Assembly: GCA_964016885.1 (NCBI GenBank)
Contig: OZ024746.1
Location: forward strand, 62,372,001 to 62,436,000
Reading direction: 5' to 3'
DNA length: 64,000 nt
Origin: Eledone cirrhosa
Taxonomy: Eukaryota
Shown here: in pieces, positions 24,912 through 36,132 of the stretch
Position numbering within the stretch: position 1 is the stretch's first letter
Layout: each line of letters opens with the position of its first letter
The notes under the pieces: generated by a model
Told to the model about the DNA's origin: nothing
Seen by the model: the letters and a program-made list of their open reading frames with translations, nothing else
Databases searched by the model: none
Program-made: the position numbers and the translations under genes

Positions 24912-25337
24912 AATAATGGTTTCTACTTTAGGCACAAGGCCAGCAATTACCCAGTGCATTACTGGTACTTTATTTTATCGACCCCCGTAAGGATGAAAGG
25001 CAAAGTCAACCTCGGCGGGATTTGAACTCAGATCGTAAAGGGACGTAACTATGTTGGAAAGCATGGCGTCCGACCCTCTACCGATACTGCCAATCCACCG
25101 CCCTTAATAGTTAATAATGGTTAATAATGGTTTCTTATATAGGCACAAGGCCAGCAATTTTCGGAGAGAGGAAAGTCGATTAAATCGACCCCAGTGCGTG
25201 ACTGGTACTTTATTTTATCGGCCCCGTAAGAATGAAAAGCAAAGTTAACCTCGGCGGGATTTGAATTCAGATCATAAAGGACCGTAACTCTGTGCTGCAA
25301 AGCATGGCGTCCGACTCTCAACCGATACTGCCAATCC
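24912..25337 (-). mobile_element. Two tandem SINE A copies (short and long subtypes)
   Basis: 24912-25102 lacks, and 25123-25337 has, the ~30-bp GAGAGGAAAGTCGATTAAATCGAC segment. Confidence 0.85.
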
Positions 25338-26282
25338 CGTAGGGTAGAAGGTGTATGCGGTGGATGTGATTGGTTTGATGGACAGTTTCACTGCTGTGTC
25401 CCTGTCCTTCATGAGAATGGATAGACTCCCGTAGAGTCTATCCTTCTGAATGAAGGTGATGTCCTTCATCAGATAATAATGAGAAAGAGAGAGATTAGTT
25501 TGAAGAGATGGTTCAACGACGACTGCAGTTGAAGACTAACATAATGGACGATGATTATGGTGGTGGCGGTGGTGGTGCCGATTGTTTATGCCGGCGGTGC
25601 TGACATTAGCAGAATCGGTGGTGGTAGTGGGAAGCCGGAAGAGATTATAATGATGACGATGATGGATGAAAAAAGCAAGAGAGTAACTACCAGCAAGCAT
25701 GTAGTAACCATCAGCAAATGGTAAGGAGATGAGGAGGGGCAGAGTATATGTAATATGTAGTGAATTGATCCGATTTAATGATATTTAAGACAGATTTAAG
25801 CAGGTAAAATGTACTAATGAAACACACACACCTGTGTGAATGTGTGAGTGTTTGCATAACACACCAGATAAACTCACCACCCGACGCAAAAATAACAATT
25901 TAACGTTTGGTATTGAGTGAAAAGATATATATAAAATTAAAACAAAACAAAAAACAACACCTTTAACAACACGTTGCCTAAAGCATGATAACAATAGATA
26001 CAAATCACTAATTTGACTAACAAACAGGTATAGATATATTATTGGCTAATAACAAAACCATAGGAAACAATACAGCTTTTTTTATTACGAGTAGAGAATT
26101 CACAAGAAATAGTAAAAAACAAAAAAACAAAAAACAAAACAAAACAAAAAATCAACAATACAACAAGGAGAAATAACAGACTTGGTGTTGTTAAGACAGT
26201 TGATGATATTTTAACCTGAGAAGATAAATATCTATATATCTCTAATATAGAAGAAACTAACACACATGTATAACACAGTATA

Positions 26283-27710
26283 ATGGAAACTAACAGCAAT
26301 CTAAATCAATATCTTACGATCAGAACCTACGTGAAAAAACAAGCAATAAGGCACTGTAAAAATGAAAGAATTAGCAGACAATCGATCGAAGAAGTGGTTG
26401 AACCTAATGAAAACAGCATCAGTGTTCAGACTGGCAGGGCGGAAAGTCTTGCCGTTATCTTAAACAATCGAGAACTGAGCAATGGAATAAAAAACGGATG
26501 TATTGATGTCTTAATGAATAACAATAAAAATAAATTACTGGAAGTCAGACAACAACCTGGAAAACAGAAAAGGATCGAAGAATGTTTTGATATCGATAAT
26601 AGTCTCCACGTTGACGATAATGGGACGACGGCTGATAGTGAAATGGACAGTGACCAATTTTCCCAAGAACAGGATATTACTTACAGCGGAGAAAGTCAAG
26701 CAACGTCAGAAGGAGAGAGCAAAAATATGTATTATAGTTCAACCAACAATGCCGAGACCAGTTCTGTAATCGATGAGACAGACTTGACTCTTCAAGCAAG
26801 CAGTGATTTTGAAGATTACGAAAACTTCGATAACGATGACGAACACTGGTACGTTGAAGACCCGACTTGGCAATATGTGTGGAAACCATGTTCCGACGGC
26901 GGTAGCACAAAAGGAGAATATGTTTGGACCCAGGTTAAAAATGAAAATCCCACCAAGGAAATTTACTGGGGTAATATACGAGATATGGATGATGAATGGA
27001 TACCGCAAGCAGACCCCGTTAAAGGGAAAAAAGGCTGGGTGCCAAAATTAATAGCAGGGAAAGAACACGGGAAAACTATTTGGTATTACATGATGCCTCA
27101 TTTACCTAAATCAGTAGAAGCTAGGAAACGAACACTAGGACATATTCCCAAACTCATCAAAGATAAAGGTTCACGCAGTTGGCTTTCTCAGTTGAAGTTC
27201 GCTAAAAAAGGCAACAAAACCGTTTGGTACTGCAAGCTAACGCCAGCTCCTGAAGAAGAAGAAGATAATAACATTTCACCTATTACAACAAATAATAACA
27301 GTACAATGCAGGCTGCTGCAACTGTTGTGCTTCCATTGCCAGAAATTTCAGCTGCCAAGGAAGAAAAAACGAAAGATAAAGCTTCTAATCTACCGGAATT
27401 GAGGAAAATAACAGGTAAACCGAGCTTATGGTTTTCGAAGTTAATCAAAAACAACGACAGCGTACAGGAAGCCAAATGCAGTCAAGTAACCGAAATTCCG
27501 TCTATGTACGAATCAGTTACTCGGAAGTTATCCGGAGAAGCAAGACGCAACAGCCATGGTAAAAAACACAGCAAATTGCAATTATTGGAAAACATAACAC
27601 CTTTTTCGAAAGAAATAACTTTAAAAAAGAAAAGGAGTAAGACAGACAGTAAGAGTGTTTGGTATAGAGATCTTCCGCAAGAATCAGATGATTTCCACGA
27701 CGTAAAATAA
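26283..27710 (+). CDS. Intronless 475-aa protein of unknown function: acidic Ser/Asp-rich N-terminal half, repeated Trp/Lys motif in the C-terminal half
   Basis: 1.4-kb non-repetitive ORF in AT-rich DNA; ATG in ATAATGG context (-3 A, +4 G); internal protein repeats; no TE motifs. Confidence 0.75.
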   Translation: METNSNLNQYLTIRTYVKKQAIRHCKNERISRQSIEEVVEPNENSISVQTGRAESLAVILNNRELSNGIKNGCIDVLMNNNKNKLLEVRQQPGKQKRIEECFDIDNSLHVDDNGTTADSEMDSDQFSQEQDITYSGESQATSEGESKNMYYSSTNNAETSSVIDETDLTLQASSDFEDYENFDNDDEHWYVEDPTWQYVWKPCSDGGSTKGEYVWTQVKNENPTKEIYWGNIRDMDDEWIPQADPVKGKKGWVPKLIAGKEHGKTIWYYMMPHLPKSVEARKRTLGHIPKLIKDKGSRSWLSQLKFAKKGNKTVWYCKLTPAPEEEEDNNISPITTNNNSTMQAAATVVLPLPEISAAKEEKTKDKASNLPELRKITGKPSLWFSKLIKNNDSVQEAKCSQVTEIPSMYESVTRKLSGEARRNSHGKKHSKLQLLENITPFSKEITLKKKRSKTDSKSVWYRDLPQESDDFHDVK

Positions 27711-28286
27711 TATTTATATACACACACACACACATACGAGAGAGAGAGCGAGAAAGAAAGAAAAGGTGTGAGAGAAAACCGAAAAAAAAAAAAGCACATG
27801 TCTAACTGCACACACACACGTTTCAATAGATTTCGTGTTGTTTATATTCATGTTTTGCCGTCTCCCTAGGCTGAATAGGAAACAAGAAAAAAAAAATTCC
27901 GTCTTATCTAATTATGTAAACATAATTGTTGGTCATAAAACATCACATTTTCACATTTTCCCAAATTCACTAAAATAGATATTTACACACACACACTGGT
28001 TGCCACACAGACACACACTTGTTCTGTCGTTTGACATAAAACAGTTCATACTCCACTGTTTCCATCTATCTTCACGTTCAAAACAAGCCAAGATATTCAG
28101 AATATTTGGGTTGGTCTCAACATATTTCAGAGTTCAAATCCTACACGTATGGACACACAAAACAATGAAATCGAATTGTCCCACCATTACTCATTGTATA
28201 TAGAATTACCTCTGTCTATGTGTATATGTCTACTCAAACACAGATATATATTATATATATACATATATACATATATACATATATAC

Positions 28287-28423
<137 letters not shown>

Positions 28424-28604
28424 CATACATATATATATATACACATACATATATACATATATATATATATACACATACATATATATATATATACACATAC
28501 ATATATACACATACATATATACATATATATATATATACATATATATATATACACATATATATATATACACATACACACACACACATACATACGTATCCCG
28601 AGAG

Positions 28605-28647
<43 letters not shown>

Positions 28648-28837
28648 GTGTGTGTGTAATGGAAAATAATCTTTAAAAATATCAGGTTCATAATTAAAAC
28701 CTTCTCCGAGATAATCGCTGCATGGTGCTTCGACCTGCCACAAAATTGTAGTGGAATCACCTTCAAATCATTCCCTTGTCTTTATATATATATATATATA
28801 TATATATCTATATATATACACACATACACACAGAGCC

Positions 28838-28893
28838 ATACTCTACTATTCCAAGTATCGAGTACTCTGTTGAGTAATGGTCTAACTAGTTTT
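28838..28893 (+). mobile_element. Family H2 diverged 3' fragment
   Basis: ACTCTACTATTCCAAGTATCGAGTACTCTG matches the reverse complement of 8695-8740. Confidence 0.5.
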
Positions 28894-30250
28894 AAACTGG
28901 TCTCTCTTGATATATTTATATATAAAGACCTAAATATGGGGGGGGGGGGAGACGTGGTTGCGGTTGGAACGTCTTGACCATCTCACCATGGTCATTGATC
29001 TACTGAATCAAGACTAATTTGAAGCTGAGCAACATCATTTTCACTACCATCGATTTGAAGAAGTTTTAAAAGGATCTTTAAAAAAAAAAAAAATCAATTC
29101 AAAAAAATAATCAAATGCCCAGGAGAATCCGTGCTACCATTTGCCCGTGTTCATAACTGACAATGTGTATATACATATAAATACAAACCATGGATGTTTC
29201 GCTTTAGGTGTATAAAATGACAGACAATAAAATGGAAAAGAAAAATACCTGCTTTTTGTCCGTAGTAGATTTTCACTTTTTGAATTACTTTTAAATCGAT
29301 AAACGTAAACATTTATTTGTCAAAAAAATATTTTTTCCGAATGGTATATTTGTAATTTTTTTTCTTCGATGCCGACCGGCTCCCTCAGGCTGTTTGTATG
29401 CAGTTGTTACTAATTAAATAAATAGCTAAAAAAGGCGAGGAAGTTGGGTATGAATCCCAGAAAAGAAAGAACATTGCCTAAAGCTCCAATAAGGTTTGCA
29501 CGTTTCAACCAGTTTCATTTTATTGTCTGGTTTTTTCCTTTCACTTTAAATCACTTTCATTTTATTGTCATATTTTGCAAAACCTAAAGCTATACAGCCT
29601 ATATAAACCAGTGCCCTATATTTACTTACAATCTTATATTAGCTTAACCTTTCATAAAGAAAACTTTATTAAAGAACATTAGTTTGAAAGCCCCTCTTAT
29701 AAAATAAATTACCTCAGCACATATTTATGTTTGAAACAGACGAAGTAAATCTAAGAAAATAAATCTATTTGTTTTGCTTACTTTCTGAAACTTACTTCTG
29801 CTTGTAGTGCATGTTTTGTTTTGTTTTGGAGTTTTTGCCGTTGGTTTTATTTTGTTCAGCCACCAGCCGACACCATTTCTCGTTAATTAAGTTACACACA
29901 TCATATAATGTTGTAATTGTATAAAGCATCAACTTGTATAAAATTAACACATCATATACATTAAAAAACAAACGATAAATGAACTAAACTACATTGAGCA
30001 TGTTTCTTCTTAACAGATTAACAGGGAGTTTCTTTTCTTTCTTTCTTCCCCTCTTTTCCTAAATTGGATTTAAGTTTCGATTGAAGACATCTCAATTAGC
30101 GTTAAATAAAACATTCATTTAATAAAAGCTATCTAATTAGATATTTCCTTCAACACTTTGCGTGTGCATGTGCGTCAAAGGGTGTGTGTATCTTTTTATA
30201 TATATTTAGCCACTTTTCTAACACAATCTCATCTCAGCCTGCTCTTCTAA

Positions 30251-30284
<34 letters not shown>

Positions 30285-31237
30285 CTCTAATGCTCTATCA
30301 ATCTGTCATTAGTGATTGCCATCTATCTGAATGGATAGCTAACAAACACGAATGTATCACACAATCGTTTTCGGCATGTTAGATTTTTGTGTAACACTTA
30401 AAGTTAGTGAACACATAAACGATTTGTTTGTTGGTTTTTCTTCTAACTTATTCTTCTCCAAGAAAACATCCCTCAAAGTTCTACATTTTATTCAAATTAC
30501 TATTGTCAGAATATTAAGCAAACAATGGTGTTTCTCACATAGATTTCAGCTTATTTCTCGTTGCCAAGAAAATGTCCACTTCGTAGCGAGTGTCTTCCTA
30601 ATGAGGTGTTTAACGTGAAATAAACTATTGCTGATCAATAATCACAATCATACGTAGGCATTTTGGAATCAGAATCTAGATCTAACTGGAAATACAGATT
30701 TGAGACTGCATCAGGCTGATGTACTTATCCCTGACAACTAGATGGAAATGTCCAGAAATACAACGAAATGCCAAGATGTCCAATACTCTATCATTAAAAC
30801 CTTGTCTCTCTTACGCATCTGAGGTTTAGTAAAATGACACATTAAAATTCTTTACAGCAACAAGTAAAAGGCTATAATGATTTCTAATTTTGGCACAAGG
30901 ACAGTAATTGTTTTGTGTGTGTGTGGTGGTGGTGGTGTTATATCGATCTCAGTAGTTGACACATTATTTTATTGACCTGGTAAGAATGAAAGGTAAAGTT
31001 GACCTAGGTCGCGGCTTAAAATTTAAATACACCAAAGTTGATCTCGGTCGAGATTTAAATTATCAATATATAAAATTAAGTAAATGGTAACCAGAATAAA
31101 AAAAAAAATGTATTTAAATACAATTTAAAAAAACAAAACAAACCTATACACACACTCTAGTAGATTTCACTTTTGACTAAACAAAATATAAAAGCTAATG
31201 TTTCAAGGAAAATCAACCTCGCAAAGAGGTGATTCCA

Positions 31238-31830
31238 TTATTGTGTACAGTGCTCAGGTGCATTACAACTCATCAAATGTGCATGTATAGTACATAGAAT
31301 AATTGTTTCTAATTTGGCACAAGGCCAGCAATTATCACAGTACATTACTGGTGCTTTATTTTATCGACCCCGTAAGGATGAAAGGCAAAGTTAACCTCGG
31401 CGGGATTTGAACTCTCTATGTAATAATGTCAGGAAAATGAACAGTGTGTGGGTCATGATATATATACACACACACATACATACGTGTGCATGGAGGGGGA
31501 ATATCAAGTGTAGTGTTGGCGAATTTAAGGAAGAATCGATGTTTTGAAGGATGCTGTGCCCCGACAGCTAACAACTAATGCAGGTAGTTTGTTCCATGCT
31601 TCAGCAACTCCGAGAGTGAAAAAATGTTTCCGAAAACCATGAGAGATGTACAGTTTTCTGATTTTGTAAGCATGTCCACGAGTGTTAGACACATGGAATT
31701 CAAAAAGGTGCTCAGGGTTGTTGTTAGCAAGATGATTTTTGTGGGTGTCTACCAAGTCAGTTGTCCGACGTCGGAGCTTTAATGTGTCCATGCCCAGAGA
31801 AGCACAAGGCGTTCAGAGTATACCCTGATG
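31238..31830 (-). mobile_element. CR1-like LINE 3' fragment with SINE A (31299-31413) inserted in its 3' UTR
   Basis: ORF 31525-31791 LKLRR..TRGHAYKI..RKHFF..AWNKLP..VV..SFK. Confidence 0.8.
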
Positions 31831-32432
31831 GGGGGCATTGGACAGTTAACTGCTACAACTAAAGTGATGTCTATTGGTTGTGTAAGAAAAGACCAACATG
31901 ACAAGTACAATTTGGTTTAATATACAGCTTTACTTCACCTCACAAAAGGAAATATACGACTGCTTCGAATTGTAAATACAATCGATGATTATAGTGTTCA
32001 ATAAGGGCACGATGTTGTGTCACCTTTTTGTTTAAGTGTCTATATTTATCTAAAACATTCCATCATAATTTTATATAAGAATCTTTGTTAAGTCATGTTC
32101 AAAACACCATCTTAATAACGTCAAAGTTAGTAATATTACTAAATCCTCCCCAAATTCTTGATTATTTTCAAAATGATTTGAAAGCGACAAGCAGTGTTCT
32201 TTATTAGAAATATGGTGATGAAAAGGTTAAAGTGTTACTTGGTGGACAATATTATGAGTCCATTTACTCTTGAACCGTTCTTGTGAAGAACATTTATTTA
32301 TACACTTGATTAAATTATGTCTGAACAATATTATTACATGATTGTCGGATGACATCTATTTTTAATAAACTATTTATATTCGCCGATTTTTCCTATTTTT
32401 ATTCTTGTGCTATTATTACCTAAACATATTTA

Positions 32433-32473
<41 letters not shown>

Positions 32474-33365
32474 TGGCTGGCTGACCGGGTGAGTGATTGC
32501 ATCCATGAATTCGACATAATATACACTCAAAGGGAAGGAGTGAGAAGACAATGTTTGTTACACTAGTCTTTCTAGTAAAATTAACTTGTTCGTTTATTAG
32601 TCCATTCATTCATTCACTCGTATTCATCGCGAGGAGGGTTAAATGCTTTATCCTAATTAATTTATGTTATTATCCCAAAACAATTAATGATTAAGATGGC
32701 TATTCACAGGCAACAACAACAAATATAAACAGTGGGATCGTACTCCAAGTTAGCCTGACTTGACCTTGAATATTAGGGACGTGAATGAACTTTTGTTCTC
32801 TCTTTCTTTCTCTCACTCCCTTCCTTCTTTCTGCTCCGCCATATCTCTCAACAAAATATGACAAAAAGATCTTCTAAAGTAGACTACATCTTGATCCTTT
32901 TTCGTCGACGGAATTCATGAATAAATTAAAATCCATTAGCAAGTGACGAGAATTGTATCATACATTATTAACTAACCACCCACTCACTCACTCTATACAA
33001 CTACAATGCAACTATTTTGTTTTTGCCATAGTCCTATTTGAAGGTTCTATTAAAGTGACAGTGAAATATCCAGACGTAAAATAGAAACCAAAATATAAAT
33101 AAAATACGAGGGAACGAAATTAGTTTCTGCATATCTACTATTTACAAGAGAAAATTGTAGTTAAAATAGGAAAAACTCCCCACGCCCCACCAAAAAACAG
33201 ACTGTTGAATGTAATAAAATATATACATAATAAATGTGAAAATTGTAGTTAAAATAGAAAAAGAAATTATTAAATGTAATGGAAATTGTATTAATATTTC
33301 GTTCTTTCCGTTCCGCTGGCGTATGTACACAAACATAATGTCAGTACAGCTGTGTTCATGTAGTG

Positions 33366-33413
<48 letters not shown>

Positions 33414-33469
33414 GTTCGGAAAAACAGACAAACGTAGGAGTAAATGTTACAAATATATATATATATATA

Positions 33470-33686
33470 TAATATATAAGATCAAAAGATGGTTAAATGA
33501 GTTCCATGTATTTTATTATGCGCATTTCAAAAACAAATATCATCATGCAATAACATTTGTGTTTTCATCAGATAAAATATGAGGACATGATATGAAGGTT
33601 AAAAACACTTGTGGATAGTGCAGTTTTAAATCAACATAATAAAATACATGGAACTCATTTAACCATCTTTTGATCTTATATATTAT
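33470..33686. mobile_element. Foldback/MITE-like element with ~50-bp inverted arms
   Basis: 33470-33520 is the reverse complement of 33635-33686. Confidence 0.55.
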
Positions 33687-33883
33687 GTATACTCCAGTCC
33701 TACAAACTGTAGAGTGCTTCTTATCCGATATCTGCATTGCTTTATTGTACTACAATAAAACTCACCTCCTACATATATATATATATATATGCAAAAGTTA
33801 TATTTAATTTGTTGGGATTCAACAAGCTTAAAAGTTTTATAACTGATATAAAGCATTCAACAGATTACTGGAGTAACTATTCG

Positions 33884-34501
33884 ATATATTAATAAATGGA
33901 AACTATATTTATAAAACCATAATTATTTTATATATATATATATTTAAAAGGCAACCAAAGCAAATTTTGGTGCGCTTTCCAGAGAACCTTCAACCGTCAA
34001 GGTTGTTTTTCTACCGGTATGTCAACATTTATAAAACAAATTTTGTATTTTATCTGATGAAAGCGCACAAAAATTTGTCTTGGTTGCCCTTGAAATCATC
34101 ATCATCATCATCATTTTACGTCCACTTTTCCCTGCTTGCAAGGGTGGGACGGGAACTGATTCTGGCTTGATTTCTACAGCTGGATGCCCTTCCTAATACC
34201 AACCTCATTTACAGTGAGTGCTGGGTGCTTTTTTGCCGTGGCACCTCCACGACCACTTTGCAGTGGAGTGATAGGGACCCCAGTCCCTATCATCTCATTT
34301 CTACAGCTGAGTAAACTGGAGCAATGTGAAATAAAGTGTCTTGCTCAAGGAAACAACACATCACCCGGTCTGAGAATTGAACTCACAACCTTTTGATTGC
34401 AAGGCCAATGCTCTAACCACTAAGCCATGTGCTTCCATAAGCATATATATATAATAAAATAATTATGGTTTTATAAATATAGTTTCCATTTATTAATATA
34501 T
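33884..34501. mobile_element. Foldback element interrupted by SINE B
   Basis: Outer arms 33884-33930 / 34455-34501 and inner arms 33948-33980 / 34060-34090. Confidence 0.55.
34095..34436 (-). mobile_element. SINE family B, full length
   Basis: Near-identical to 2143-2480. Confidence 0.87.
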
Positions 34502-34639
34502 TGTATATATATATATATACATAATAACATATTCTGTTTTAATTACAGAAGCAACAAGTGTACTGTGTTGCTTACGTTTCGGTTTTCAGTTTTCCATCTG
34601 GAAATTTCATTTCCACTTCTAAGAACAGGCCAATGTCAT

Positions 34640-34692
<53 letters not shown>

Positions 34693-34792
34693 AACAAGGT
34701 TAGAGGAATACTGCGTGGTTGCACATGGGTTACATATTATAAAATTTGTCCCTCATCAGTGATTTTGCCAACCATCATTGGTATTTCATCGC

Positions 34793-34841
<49 letters not shown>

Positions 34842-36132
34842 AGGGTCATGTTGCCAATAAAAACACACGCACCTGCTAGTTTTCACTTCAATTTATTATA
34901 AATTTCCTGTTGGTTCGATAACCAGAAGGTTGTTTATATATTGTCAAAGGTCTTTCGTCACACATTCTGTGACCCCCTCAGTGACTAGGTTTTTATTTTG
35001 TGTGTGTCTCTCCTTTGTTCTGTCCTACACCAGCTTGTTATTGTGCTGTGTGCTTAGTTTTGCATTACATCCGGGTGTATGTGTATTTATTTATTTATGT
35101 TTATTTACTTGTCACTAGTTGGTTTGTTCTATCTGCGTGTTTCTGATTTGATTTGTTAGTTTGGTTTTTGTGTGTGTTTGTATGTCTTCATTTTGTCCTT
35201 AATTATTAGTTGTGATGTTGCTATTCCACTCATGCTTTCTGTTTTTAAATATATAGAATCATCATAATCACCATTTAACGTCTATTTTCCATGCTTGCAT
35301 GGGTTAGACAGCATGTTAAGACCAGACTGGTCAGGTGACTTGGTCCTGCTTATACGCTTTAATTTTGGCTTGGTTTCTACAGCTGGATGCCTTTCTAACA
35401 CCAACCACTTTACAGTGTATACTAGGAGTATTATTTCTACGGCTGGATGACCTTCCTAATACTAACCACTTTACCAATAGATAACAGGGACCATTGTTTC
35501 TACAACTGGATGCCCTTGCTGTTGTCAACCATTTTACAACGTGTGTATGGATGTATGTATTCTGATAATCTAACCTTTTCTCTTTCTCTCCATTTCCTGA
35601 AGAAGGACTTATGTCCGAAACACCAAACCATCTTCTACTTCCCCACTAAACGTGATACTTTGTGTTTTTTTTCATCTGTGTCAACTTGGCAATAACTTAC
35701 TTTTTGTAGGTTACACAACACTCACCACTAATATTTTGTGTATTATTCATCAACTTCCACTTTCATACCCAACAGTCCGTTGTCATGTGAAAAACAAGGC
35801 AGATTCAGCAGAGCATGAAATAATATCCCCTACAGTATTTGGTTAGTCATTTTACATTCCGAGTTCAAATTATACCTCAGTTGACTCCACCTTCCAAATT
35901 TCAGTGATCAACTACTGTTTGATAAAAGGTTTCACAGAACAGCAGACACAATGTTTTGTGGTATTTAGTTACAATCTTTTATGTCTTGAGTTCAAATCTA
36001 TTCAGGGTCAATTTTCCCTTTTATCCTTCTGGTGTTGATAAAATAGTACCAATTAAGTACTGGCATTGATTTAATTAACAATATGTCTTTCCTTAAAATT
36101 ATGGCTTTGTGCTAATGTAAGAAATCATAATT

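Noticed and set aside
25375-25475. Minus-strand CTGATGA...GAAACTGTC as a hammerhead
   Set aside because: Stem II base and stems I/III cannot be formed; only the hairpin is retained as a finding
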